Assembly: GCA_964512335.1 (NCBI GenBank)
Contig: CAZEIA010000001.1
Span: 1-60,645, forward strand
DNA: 60,645 nucleotides
Direction: 5' to 3'
From: an uncultured Desulfobacterales bacterium
Lineage (GTDB): Bacteria > Desulfobacterota > DSM-4660 > Desulfatiglandales > HGW-15
Shown here piece by piece: positions 27,095 to 36,904 of this stretch. A program made the translations under genes and the position numbers. Each line of letters opens with the position of its first letter. The first letter of the stretch is position 1. Below the pieces are notes generated by a model. It had not been told where the DNA came from and did not search any database. It saw nothing but the letters and a program-made list of their open reading frames with translations.

Positions 27095-28243
27095 ATGGAT
27101 TTCGATCTGACTGAAGAACAAAGACTGATTCAAGAGGTTGCCTATGACTTTGCAATGAGAGAATTCCCTCCTCTGTCAAGGTCCCATGACCGGGAGGAGA
27201 AGTATCCCGAAGGGATATGGAAGAAGGCTTGTGAGGCGGGCATAGGCGGCGTGACGATCCCGAAAGAATATGGCGGCCGGGGTCTGGGGTTCGTGGAGCT
27301 GGTCCTTGTCACCGAGCAGCTCAGCAGGGTTGATTTGGGCCTCTCCTTAGCGGTTCAGGCGGGGACTTTCGGTTCCGAGAACATAATCTTTTTTGGTTCC
27401 GAAGAGCATAAGAGAAACTATCTTCCCCGCCTCGCCGGCGGAGATGCCGTATCTGCGGGTGCCTATACGGAGCCCGATGCCGGTTCTGACGTGGCTTCCA
27501 TCAAGACCAGCGCCGTTCGTGAAGGCGATGAGTACGTTATCAACGGCAGCAAGGTCTTCATTACTCACGGCCTTGCCTGCGACTGGATGGTGGTCTTGTG
27601 TCTTACAGACCCGAATGAAGAAAAGAGGCACATGAGGCAGAGTATGATTCTTGTGGAGTCCACGCTAAAAGGGGTTGAGGTCAACAAACTCACCGGGAAA
27701 ATGGGCATACGTGCCAGTGAAACGACGGAAGTCTCATTGAGTGATGTCCGTGTCCCCTGCGATCACCTGGTGGGCACTGAGGGAAAAGGTTTCTACCAAT
27801 TGATGGATTTCTTCGACGCAACCCGCACCATGGTGGCTTCCCAGGGGCTTGGCCTTGCTCAGGCTGCGTTGGATCGAACTATAGCCTATGTCAAGGAAAA
27901 GAAAACCCGGGGCAGGTCACTGGCCTCTCACCAGGAGATACAGTTTCTACTGGCTGAAATGGCAACAAAGATAGAACTGTCCCGTACGCTTACTTACAAA
28001 GCGGCATGGCAGGTGGATCAGGGGCGGACAGCCCCGGCCCTCAATGCAATGGCAAAGTATTCCGCAGGGGAGATGGCTGTATGGGTGTGCGGTAAGGCTT
28101 TGGAGATCCACGCAGAATTCGGGCCTGAGTCCCTCTACGACACCCATGATGTTCAAAGGTATTATCGTGATGCAAAGATCATAGAGATCTATGAAGGGAC
28201 CAAGGAAGTGGAAAAAATAACTATTGCCAGAAGGCTATTCTAA
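27095..28243 (+). CDS. acyl-CoA dehydrogenase (tandem paralog)
   Basis: GAYTEPDAGSDV, and YRDAKIIEIYEGTKEV with the catalytic Glu. Confidence 0.9.
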   Translation: MDFDLTEEQRLIQEVAYDFAMREFPPLSRSHDREEKYPEGIWKKACEAGIGGVTIPKEYGGRGLGFVELVLVTEQLSRVDLGLSLAVQAGTFGSENIIFFGSEEHKRNYLPRLAGGDAVSAGAYTEPDAGSDVASIKTSAVREGDEYVINGSKVFITHGLACDWMVVLCLTDPNEEKRHMRQSMILVESTLKGVEVNKLTGKMGIRASETTEVSLSDVRVPCDHLVGTEGKGFYQLMDFFDATRTMVASQGLGLAQAALDRTIAYVKEKKTRGRSLASHQEIQFLLAEMATKIELSRTLTYKAAWQVDQGRTAPALNAMAKYSAGEMAVWVCGKALEIHAEFGPESLYDTHDVQRYYRDAKIIEIYEGTKEVEKITIARRLF

Positions 28244-28254
28244 GGAGGGAATCC

Positions 28255-29028
28255 TTGTCAAAGGAAACCATTTTGGAATTGGAGCAGATCTCTCTAAAGT
28301 TCGGAAACATCCAGGCCTTATCTGATGTCAGTATCAGCTTCATGCGTGGTAAAATTACCGCGCTTATTGGTCCCAACGGGGCTGGGAAAACCAGTATTCT
28401 GAATTGTATCAATGGGTTTTATAGACCCGACAGCGGCCGGATCTTATTTGAGGGCCAGACCATTACAGGGCGCAAGCCCTATCGAATTGCAGAATGCGGA
28501 GTTGCACGAACCTTCCAGAACATTGAACTCTACACCGGTCTCAGCACACTGGACAACCTTATGGCTGCACGTCATATGCTTATGCGCAGGGGTGCTATTG
28601 CAGGGGGAGTTTTTTTCGGGCCGGGTAGAAGGGAGGAACTGCGTCACCGGCGTGAGGTGGAAGAGATCATCGATCTCATGGAACTTCAGGAGATTAGGAA
28701 GAAAACTGTGGGCTCTCTTCCATACGGACAAAGGAAGAGGGTGGACCTGGCCCGTGCCCTGTGCATGGAGCCGAAGATCCTGCTGATGGATGAACCGATG
28801 GCGGGGATGAATGTTGAAGAGAAAGAAGACATGGCCAGGTTCATTCTGGATATCCATGAACTGAACGGTACCACTATCGTTATGGTAGAGCACGACATGG
28901 ATGTTGTTATGGATATTGCCGGCATGGTGGTTGTTCTGGATTTCGGGATCAAGATTTCCGAAGGAACCCCCGACGAAGTCAAGGCGGATCCGCATGTTAT
29001 TCAGGCTTATCTTGGTGAGGAGCAATGA
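28255..29028 (+). CDS. livG: ABC transporter ATP-binding protein, LivG type
   Basis: Walker A GPNGAGKTS, signature-region LPYGQRKRV, Walker B LLMDEP. TTG start follows AAGGAGGG. Confidence 0.85.
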   Translation: MSKETILELEQISLKFGNIQALSDVSISFMRGKITALIGPNGAGKTSILNCINGFYRPDSGRILFEGQTITGRKPYRIAECGVARTFQNIELYTGLSTLDNLMAARHMLMRRGAIAGGVFFGPGRREELRHRREVEEIIDLMELQEIRKKTVGSLPYGQRKRVDLARALCMEPKILLMDEPMAGMNVEEKEDMARFILDIHELNGTTIVMVEHDMDVVMDIAGMVVVLDFGIKISEGTPDEVKADPHVIQAYLGEEQ

Positions 29029-29031
29029 TTG

Positions 29032-30945
29032 ATGGCCGATAAGAATTTAGACACATTACCCAAGCTTCTACGTCGAAATTTCCGCAATAACCCTGACAAG
29101 ATCGCATTGAGGCACAAGGACAGGGGGATATGGAAGAGCTACACTTGGAAGGATTACTACGATAATGTCAAGTTCTTCTGCCTTGGTTTGAAGCATCTGG
29201 GTTTAGAAGCTCATGATAAGGTTGCCATCTTGGGGGAAAACAAGCCTGAGTGGTATTATGCCGAACTGGCCGTCCAGTCTGCGGGAGGGGCTGCTGTAGG
29301 GATTTTCACGGACTGTGGTCCTTCGGAGGTGAAGTACTACATTGAGCACTCGGACGCCGTTTTTGTAATGGCGCATGATCAGGAACAGGTGGATAAAGTC
29401 CTCCAGATCAAGGCAGAGCTTCCCCGGCTGAAAAAGGTTATCTATTGGGACCCGAAAGGGTTGTGGGATTATAAAAACCCACTTCTTCTCAGTGCAGAGG
29501 AACTCCTGGATTTGGGAAGGAAGCATGAAACCGTTAATCCGAGCTTTTTTGACAGCAGTATTGACCAAGGATCAAAAGATGATATTGGTGTGATATGTTA
29601 TACATCAGGTACAACAGGAACACCGAAAGGGGCTATGCTGGATCAGAAGTTTCTGGTGGAAGGCGCAAGGACGTGGGGCGAACTGGATGGATGGGCGGGT
29701 AATGACTATCAGTATCTCTCTTTTATTCCCGGTGCATGGTCGGTGGAGCAGGTGATTGGTATTGCCGGCTCGCTGTTTGCCGGGATTACGGTTAATTTTC
29801 CCGAAAAACCGGAGACGGTTCAGGAAAACCTGCGTGAGATCGGCCCACACATTGTCTTTTACGGAGCCAGGCTTTGGGAGTTGCTGAGCCGAACTATTCA
29901 GGCGAGAATGATGGATACGTCTTACCTGCGAAGATTGATTTACCGAATATGCCTTGCTGTCAGAAAAAAGATGATAAGTGATTACGGCTCCACTGAAAGA
30001 AGGAGGCTGGGGCCTGTAAGTATGTTTCTATCACTTTTGACCTACCATGCGGTGATTCGGCAATTGCGGGACAGGCTGGGTCTGAGCAATGCGCGTATTG
30101 TTTACTCCGCAGGCGCCGCTGTCAGTCCTGATATTATCCTTTTCTTTCTTGCTCTGGGGATCGAGATCAAGCTGTTCTATGGGGCCACGGAGCTTGGAGC
30201 TGTTTCCATCCCCACCTCAGGGGTGATCCGGCCGGAGACTTCAGGTCCCATTGTCCCATGGGCTGAAGTCAAGCTCTCCGAGCAAGGCGAGATCCTTGTA
30301 AAAAGCCGCTATATGTTTGCCGGTTACTATAAGGATCCGGAAGCCACCGCAGGGAAGTTTCTGGATGGATGGTTCCAGACAGGCGATTTCGGGTACATTG
30401 ATAAGGATGGGCACCTGATTGTGATCGACCGTATGGACGACTTGAAGCAGTTGAGAGGGGGGAAGAAGTTTTCCCCGCAGTATAACGAGATACGGCTCCG
30501 GTTCAGCCCTTTTATCAAGGAGGCTGTGGTTCTTGGGGGGGAAGACAGGGACTATGTCACAGTCCTGATCAACATCGACATCGAGAACGTCGGGAGATTT
30601 GCCGAAGACCACCATATCCCCTATACAACCTTTTCCGATCTTTCTCAGAAGCCGGAAGTTATTGATCTCGTGCACAGCGAAGTCGTCAAAGTGAACAGGA
30701 CACTCCCTGATCATGCGCGTATCAAAAGGTTTGTGAACATATACAAGGAACTTGACGCGGATGAGTCCGAACTGACCCGCACCAGGAAACTGCGGAGATC
30801 ATTTGTGGAAGACCGGTACAGCGATCTTATAGAGATGGTTTACGGGGACCGCGACAAGTGGGATGTGAAGGCGTCCGTTACTTACCAAGACGGAAGGACC
30901 GGTATGCTGGAGACGCAGGTGATAGTTAAAACCGTTACTGAATAG
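29032..30945 (+). CDS. long-chain-type acyl-CoA ligase embedded in the ABC transporter operon
   Basis: Canonical ANL P-loop YTSGTTGTPKGA, plus TGDFGYIDKDGHL and C-terminal ELTRTRKLRR. The gene sits between livG and livH. Confidence 0.85.
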   Translation: MADKNLDTLPKLLRRNFRNNPDKIALRHKDRGIWKSYTWKDYYDNVKFFCLGLKHLGLEAHDKVAILGENKPEWYYAELAVQSAGGAAVGIFTDCGPSEVKYYIEHSDAVFVMAHDQEQVDKVLQIKAELPRLKKVIYWDPKGLWDYKNPLLLSAEELLDLGRKHETVNPSFFDSSIDQGSKDDIGVICYTSGTTGTPKGAMLDQKFLVEGARTWGELDGWAGNDYQYLSFIPGAWSVEQVIGIAGSLFAGITVNFPEKPETVQENLREIGPHIVFYGARLWELLSRTIQARMMDTSYLRRLIYRICLAVRKKMISDYGSTERRRLGPVSMFLSLLTYHAVIRQLRDRLGLSNARIVYSAGAAVSPDIILFFLALGIEIKLFYGATELGAVSIPTSGVIRPETSGPIVPWAEVKLSEQGEILVKSRYMFAGYYKDPEATAGKFLDGWFQTGDFGYIDKDGHLIVIDRMDDLKQLRGGKKFSPQYNEIRLRFSPFIKEAVVLGGEDRDYVTVLINIDIENVGRFAEDHHIPYTTFSDLSQKPEVIDLVHSEVVKVNRTLPDHARIKRFVNIYKELDADESELTRTRKLRRSFVEDRYSDLIEMVYGDRDKWDVKASVTYQDGRTGMLETQVIVKTVTE

Positions 30946-30954
30946 ACAGGAGGT

Positions 30955-31842
30955 GTGATGACCAATTTTATCCAGTTTCTTGTCAGTGGTCTGCTTGTGG
31001 GAGGTATTTACGGCCTTGTGGCGGTAATCGTGGTTGTGGTTTATAAGTCCACAAAAGTTGTCAGCATCGCCCATGGCCAGATCCTTGCCCTAGGAGCTCT
31101 TTTTTTCTGGATCTTTCTGGGTGGTCTGGATCTACACCCCCTGATCGCTTTCCTCCTGGCCGTTATCGCCAGCGGTGTTCTTGGGTTCCTGATAGAGAGG
31201 TTCACTATGCGCCCGCTGATCGGACAACCTCTGTTCAGTTCCTTCCTAATGACCTTTGCCGTGTTCATGTTCCTTAACGGTTTGTTCCAGCTTTATCTCC
31301 AGGGACAGAGTCGGGCCTTCCCGTATTTCCTTCCCAAAGACAGGCTGTCCTTTCAGGGAATATTCGTGGCGCAGGATCAAATCATCAGCTTTGCCTGTTC
31401 TGTCCTTTTCTTTATCGTTCTAATGCTTTTTTTTAAATATACCAAAATCGGGCTGGGCATGAGGGCTACAGCGGAAGATCATGCCCTTGCCCAAAGCTCA
31501 GGTATTCGTGTCCGAACTATCTTTACCGTCGTGTGGGTCCTTTCCGCATTGGGGGCATGTTTGGCGGGAATCGCAGCGGCCAATATCATGGATATCCACT
31601 ACCCTCTTCCATATATTGGAATAAAGGGGCTCATTGTTGCCATGCTGGGAGGGCTGGAATCAATCGGCGGAGCGTTCCTGGCCGGTTTGATCCTGGGAGT
31701 AGTGGAAAATATCAGTGCCGGCTACCTGGATCCTGTGGTGGGTGGCGGCGTTATGGATGTGGCTGCCTATGTTCTCCTTCTATTAATTCTGCTGGTAAAG
31801 CCTTACGGGCTTTTCGGATTGCATGAGATAGAAAGAATATAA
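30955..31842 (+). CDS. livH: branched-chain-type ABC permease, LivH family
   Basis: 295-aa polytopic membrane protein with a LivH-like sequence. Confidence 0.85.
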   Translation: MMTNFIQFLVSGLLVGGIYGLVAVIVVVVYKSTKVVSIAHGQILALGALFFWIFLGGLDLHPLIAFLLAVIASGVLGFLIERFTMRPLIGQPLFSSFLMTFAVFMFLNGLFQLYLQGQSRAFPYFLPKDRLSFQGIFVAQDQIISFACSVLFFIVLMLFFKYTKIGLGMRATAEDHALAQSSGIRVRTIFTVVWVLSALGACLAGIAAANIMDIHYPLPYIGIKGLIVAMLGGLESIGGAFLAGLILGVVENISAGYLDPVVGGGVMDVAAYVLLLLILLVKPYGLFGLHEIERI

Positions 31843-31874
31843 CGCAAAAAAATGCATTGAAAGGATAGGTTAAT

Positions 31875-32921
31875 ATGAGGCCGTGCGGCGTCTTTGATGA
31901 GACTTATGAGAAAGACATAGCAATCGTAAGGACCTGGCAGCACTGGTTGATCCTGAGCTTATCCTTGTTGTTGCTGATTTTTCTGCCCCTGCTAGTTCCT
32001 TATCATTTTATCAATTTCGTAAACCATAATTTAATCAATATTATAGTGGTTTTGGGACTCCAAATTGTGATGGGTTACTGTGGTCAAATCTCCGTGGGGC
32101 AGCCCGCCTTTGTGGCAATAGGTGCTTATACTTCGGCCATTCTTACAACTCATTATGGTATCTCTTTTTGGATTGCCCTCCCGGTGGGTGGTATTGCGGC
32201 CGGGATTGTTGGGATCATCGGAGGTGCGCCTTCCTTGCGGATAAAAGGCTTTTATCTGGCCATGAGCACCATCGCAATGCTCTTTGTCACCCTGTGGGTG
32301 ATTACTCACCTGAAGATTACCGGTGGTGTAGGAGGGATTTCGCCTTTGCCTCCTCAAGTGGGCGACTTCGCCTTCGATACGGATGAGCGGATGTATTATC
32401 TTATAGTTTTTATTGTATTAATAATGACATTTTTTGCCCGCAACCTTGTGAGAGGCAGGGTTGGAAGGGCTTTTGTGGCTATCCGCGACAATGATCTGGC
32501 AGCCGAAGTCATGGGAATTAACATTTATTATTATAAACTTCTGGCTTTTTTTATCGCCTGCTTTTACGGAGGTATTGCCGGGGCTTTGCAGGGACATTGG
32601 TATATGGCTGTAACCCCTGAACAATTCACACTTATACATGCACTCATTTATGTCGGTGCGGTTATCATAGGAGGCATGGGCAGCATTCCAGGGGCATTTT
32701 TTGGAGTTATCTTTCTCGGAATCCTGGAAGAAATAGTCCTTTTCGGCTCACCCAAAATAGCGGCCTTATTCCCATGGATCGGGACTGCACCCGCCGCATC
32801 TCTGGGTATTACTGCATTCGGGCTGGTCATGATAGGATTCCTGCTTTTCGAGCCCAGGGGACTGGCTCATGCCTGGGAGACGTTTAAGGCTTCATACCGG
32901 ATGTATCCATTCAAACATTAA
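31875..32921 (+). CDS. livM: branched-chain-type ABC permease, LivM family
   Basis: 348-aa polytopic membrane protein with a LivM-like sequence. Confidence 0.85.
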   Translation: MRPCGVFDETYEKDIAIVRTWQHWLILSLSLLLLIFLPLLVPYHFINFVNHNLINIIVVLGLQIVMGYCGQISVGQPAFVAIGAYTSAILTTHYGISFWIALPVGGIAAGIVGIIGGAPSLRIKGFYLAMSTIAMLFVTLWVITHLKITGGVGGISPLPPQVGDFAFDTDERMYYLIVFIVLIMTFFARNLVRGRVGRAFVAIRDNDLAAEVMGINIYYYKLLAFFIACFYGGIAGALQGHWYMAVTPEQFTLIHALIYVGAVIIGGMGSIPGAFFGVIFLGILEEIVLFGSPKIAALFPWIGTAPAASLGITAFGLVMIGFLLFEPRGLAHAWETFKASYRMYPFKH

Positions 32922-33139
32922 ACGGGAACAATTGCCGGGACAGACCATAACCAACTGAATACATTGTGTAAGACTAGTTTAAAGGATTTTGCGGCCCCAT
33001 CGATAATAATCGTACAGTTTTCATCGTTTCGATTCGGCAGAGTCACGCAAACTTTAACACAGGAGGGTAATCAGCGGAACGAAGCCTTGTTTGCAGCAGT
33101 TATGTAAAATGTTAATTAATAGAAGAAAGAGGAGGACTT

Positions 33140-34366
33140 ATGAGCAAAAAAAAGCTTTGCCTGACCGGCGTTATGATGCTTTTTGTGGCACTCACCTTCT
33201 TCACTCCTGCAGGTTCCTTTGGAGCAGATAAGGAAGTTGTTTATCTAAGCCTTGCTGATTACACCGGCCCCAGCGGAGGTCTGGACAACTTCATTCAACA
33301 GGGAACAGAGGATTACTTCAAATACATCAACGACCAGGGAGGTGTGCAGGGGGTCAAGATCAAATTTATCGGCATTGACACAAGGGCCGATGTCGCCCGC
33401 GTGGTATCCGCATACAAGAGGTATCGCAAGACCCCTAAACTACTGGCCTTCTGGAACAACAGCTCACCTTCTAACAGGGTCATGATTCCCCTGGCTACGC
33501 GGGACAACATTGTCATGATCACGCCTGCCAGCGGCGAAGCAGTCGCATTTCCGGGTAATGTTTTCACCTGGGGACAGACCTATCAAGACGGTTTTGCCGC
33601 GTCCGTGGATTGGGCGATTGAGGACTGGAAGAAGAAAGGCAATACGGGAACCCCTACCATGGGATATATGTCTCTTGATAACAGCTACGGGCGTGCCCAC
33701 ATGCAGGGAGGAAAAGAATATGCGGAAATGAAAGGAGTTAAGCTGCTCACGGAGTTCTTCAATGTGGGGGTTTCAGATTACACCACCTACCTGACCCGGC
33801 TGGCGGGGTGCAACTATATCTTTGTGGGTGGCATAGATCCGAATCCCACCAATGTTATCCGGGATGCCCATCGGCTTGGGATGACGAAGGATATCCAATT
33901 CATGTGTGACTATTGGGGCCCGAGTCGAGGCAGCGTCATGGGCATCGCTGCGCATCCGGAGGTTCTTCAAGGCGTGGTGGTTGTGAGCTTTGTCCTGCGC
34001 GGTAAAGATATCGAGGCCCATCCTTTGGCTGCTGAGATATGGACTAAATATCGCAATAAACCTGTCAGCGAACTGCTTGGGCTGTATGCAGGAGGGTTCA
34101 CGCTGGCTATGGCATATGTCGAGGCACTCAAGATAGCCCTCGACGAAGTCGGGTATGAGAAGATAGACAGCCTGGAAATGTATAAGGCCTATCAGAAACT
34201 GACCGGAAACCAGTTCGCCCAGGGCATACAAACGGAATGCACGTATAGTCCAACGGAACGTAGAGGAAGCAAAGGCGTCCGATTCTACAGGGTCGAGCAG
34301 TCCGATCTAGTATCCATAAGCGACTGGATTATTCCCCCCGATGCCGTATCTCTGTATAAGTGGTAG
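33140..34366 (+). CDS. periplasmic substrate-binding protein, LivK/type-I PBP family
   Basis: Signal peptide MSKKKLCLTGVMMLFVALTFFTPAGSFG. 408 aa, typical of Leu/Ile/Val-binding-like SBPs. GGAGG ribosome-binding site. Confidence 0.8.
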   Translation: MSKKKLCLTGVMMLFVALTFFTPAGSFGADKEVVYLSLADYTGPSGGLDNFIQQGTEDYFKYINDQGGVQGVKIKFIGIDTRADVARVVSAYKRYRKTPKLLAFWNNSSPSNRVMIPLATRDNIVMITPASGEAVAFPGNVFTWGQTYQDGFAASVDWAIEDWKKKGNTGTPTMGYMSLDNSYGRAHMQGGKEYAEMKGVKLLTEFFNVGVSDYTTYLTRLAGCNYIFVGGIDPNPTNVIRDAHRLGMTKDIQFMCDYWGPSRGSVMGIAAHPEVLQGVVVVSFVLRGKDIEAHPLAAEIWTKYRNKPVSELLGLYAGGFTLAMAYVEALKIALDEVGYEKIDSLEMYKAYQKLTGNQFAQGIQTECTYSPTERRGSKGVRFYRVEQSDLVSISDWIIPPDAVSLYKW

Positions 34367-34390
34367 CATTTTATACAAAAGGAGGAGAAT

Positions 34391-34855
34391 ATGTTAAAAA
34401 GAACAGGTGGAATTCTGATAATACTTGCACTGGCCTTGACGTCGAGTGCTTGCGCCAAGGGTGCCTTCTCTGTGATGCCGGAGAAGACGCCAATAACGCC
34501 GGCGCTTATAAAAGAGCCGATAGTATTCCAGGGAAAGGGCTTTTCGCCTGGTGAACCGGTGACCATTGAAATCCTGGTGCCGGAGGAATTGAAGATCAAA
34601 GGCCAGACCGAGGGAGAGGACACAGTGGGTATAGGGATGGCCATGGCCGATGAAAACGGGGATTTCGAGATTCCCATGGGCGCACTTACAACCTTAAATA
34701 CCCTTTTCCAAGTGGGCTGGACCAAGGAGATGACACCGGATTTCAAGCAGGCCACGCCGCTTCCACCAGGTACGTACACTATTATGGCTACGGGGGTGGA
34801 ATCAGATAAGAAGCTCACCAGTATTCTGGAGATTATTCCCGCACCCAAGGAATAG
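34391..34855 (+). CDS. small lipoprotein of unknown function inside the ABC operon
   Basis: Lipobox LALTSSAC. 154 aa with no recognisable family. It lies between the SBP and livF genes with short gaps. Confidence 0.6.
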   Translation: MLKRTGGILIILALALTSSACAKGAFSVMPEKTPITPALIKEPIVFQGKGFSPGEPVTIEILVPEELKIKGQTEGEDTVGIGMAMADENGDFEIPMGALTTLNTLFQVGWTKEMTPDFKQATPLPPGTYTIMATGVESDKKLTSILEIIPAPKE

Positions 34856-34936
34856 TATTAACTGAAGAAAAGTGAGCAGCTGGGAAAAGGCCGGGCCCTG
34901 TGAATAGAGGGCCTCCGCGTGCGAGGGCTAAGGGAT

Positions 34937-35731
34937 ATGCTTGTATTGAACAACATCGAAGTGATTTACAGCGACGTCATCCTGATTCTGAAGGGGGTCT
35001 CCCTCGAGGTCCCAGAGGGCAGGATTGTAGCCTTTCTCGGGGCCAATGGTGCCGGGAAGACCACCACCCTTAGAGCTATCTCCGGTCTCCTTTATACGCA
35101 GCTGGGGAAGGTCACCGATGGCAGCATCGAATTCGAAGGGAGGAGGATCGAAGGGAAGAACCCCGAAGATATTGTTCGGCTCGGTATCGTTCAGGTTCTG
35201 GAGGGGCGGCCATCCTACGACCACATGTCCGTGGAGGAAAACCTGAGAGTTGGGGCTTACTCCAGAACTAATCGAGAAGGTATTAAAAAAGACATGGAAA
35301 GAGCATATAATTACTTTCCTCGGCTCAAGGCCTTGCGGGGCCGCCTGAGTGGATATCTTTCGGGCGGGGAAAAACAGATGCTCGTGATGGCCAGGGGCTT
35401 CATGGCGCGCCCGAAGGTGGTGTTGTTGGACGAACCTTCATTGGGGCTCAGCCCCTTGATGGTCAAGGATATTTTCAATATTATCAGTACCATCAACCAT
35501 GAGGATGGGACCTCGATCCTTCTGGTCGAACAAAATGCCCGGGTGGCCCTTTCCATTTCCAATCACGCTTATGTCCTGGAAAACGGTCGAATAGTTTTGG
35601 AAGGACCTGCTGAGAAGATAAAGGAAAATGAAGATATAAGGGAGTTCTACCTTGGCATGAGTCAGATAGGGAAGCGAAAAAGCTATAGGAATGTTAAACA
35701 TTACAGACGAAGAAAGCGTTGGCTCGGTTAG
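34937..35731 (+). CDS. livF: ABC transporter ATP-binding protein, LivF type
   Basis: Walker A GANGAGKTT, signature LSGGEKQML, Walker B VLLDEPS. ATG at 34937 is in frame. Confidence 0.85.
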   Translation: MLVLNNIEVIYSDVILILKGVSLEVPEGRIVAFLGANGAGKTTTLRAISGLLYTQLGKVTDGSIEFEGRRIEGKNPEDIVRLGIVQVLEGRPSYDHMSVEENLRVGAYSRTNREGIKKDMERAYNYFPRLKALRGRLSGYLSGGEKQMLVMARGFMARPKVVLLDEPSLGLSPLMVKDIFNIISTINHEDGTSILLVEQNARVALSISNHAYVLENGRIVLEGPAEKIKENEDIREFYLGMSQIGKRKSYRNVKHYRRRKRWLG

Positions 35732-36020
35732 AAGGCAGGAAAACGCCTGAATATTTCAGGGTTGAAGCAGGCACAAGTACCGGTGTCCGGGGAAATTCTC
35801 ACAAAAACCCGGCGGTCAAGTATTGTCGGATCATTGATGATACCGAGTACAGGACCATGATTTTCCCGGACACCGGGAAACCTGTCTGAATGACTCATCC
35901 CCTTGTGACCCGCCTCAAAAGCATCCCTTTCATATTTTCGTTCCAAGTTGAGCGGTTGCGTCACCCGCTGGAGGCGGGTGAGAGGGCCTCGGTTGTGTCA
36001 GGATGGAAAGGAGGATCAAA

Positions 36021-36881
36021 ATGGTTAAAAATATTTGTGTGTTAGGTGCAGGCTTAATGGGGAACGGTATTGCACAGGTGTGCGCGGAAGCCGGTTATCA
36101 TGTTGCAATGAGAGATATTGAGCAGCGGTTTATCGATGCCGGCTTCAATAACATCAAGAAGAATCTATCAAGGGATGTTGAGAAAGGAAAAAAGAACCTG
36201 GAAGAAATGGATATCATACTCCAAAGAATCACTTCGACTTTGGACTTGGAAAAGGCCGCCGGTTCCGCCGACATAGTAGTTGAGGCCGTTATTGAAGTAC
36301 TTGAGGCAAAGAATGAGCTATTCAGGGAACTCCAGAAAATTGTATCTGATCAATGTCTTTTTTTCTCCAATACATCCGGGCTAAGCATAACGGAATTGGC
36401 TTCCACCACAGACAGGCCCGATAAATTTATTGGTACGCATTTTTTTAATCCAGTACCGGTGATGCGTCTTTTAGAAATTATCAAGGGACATGAAACATCT
36501 GATGAAACAATTGCTGCAGCCATGGATTGGGGTTCAAGTATCGGGAAAGAGATTATTATTGTAAATGAAGCGCCCGCTTTTGCTGTAAACAGAATTCTGT
36601 GCCCCATGTTGAATGAAGCATTTTTCTTATTGGAAACAGGGGTTGCGAGCGCGGAAGATATCGATAAAGGAATGATGTCGGGCTGCAATCATTCAATGGG
36701 TCCGTTGGCACTTTCCGACATGATCGGTCTGGATACCCTGCTGCGGGTTATAGAAGGTCTTCATAAGGAACTGGGAGATAAATACCGTCCGGCCCCTCTT
36801 TTGAGAAAACTGGTCAGAGCTGGAAATTTCGGCAGAAAAACAGGCAAAGGAGTTTTTGAATATAGCATAAAAAAAGCTTAA
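36021..36881 (+). CDS. 3-hydroxybutyryl/3-hydroxyacyl-CoA dehydrogenase
   Basis: [19 protein letters not shown] fold with a classical Hbd-like sequence. ATG at 36021 lies 5 nt after AAGGAGGA. Confidence 0.9.
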   Translation: MVKNICVLGAGLMGNGIAQVCAEAGYHVAMRDIEQRFIDAGFNNIKKNLSRDVEKGKKNLEEMDIILQRITSTLDLEKAAGSADIVVEAVIEVLEAKNELFRELQKIVSDQCLFFSNTSGLSITELASTTDRPDKFIGTHFFNPVPVMRLLEIIKGHETSDETIAAAMDWGSSIGKEIIIVNEAPAFAVNRILCPMLNEAFFLLETGVASAEDIDKGMMSGCNHSMGPLALSDMIGLDTLLRVIEGLHKELGDKYRPAPLLRKLVRAGNFGRKTGKGVFEYSIKKA

Positions 36882-36904
36882 AATAAATATGAAAGGCCAT
36901 TTGT

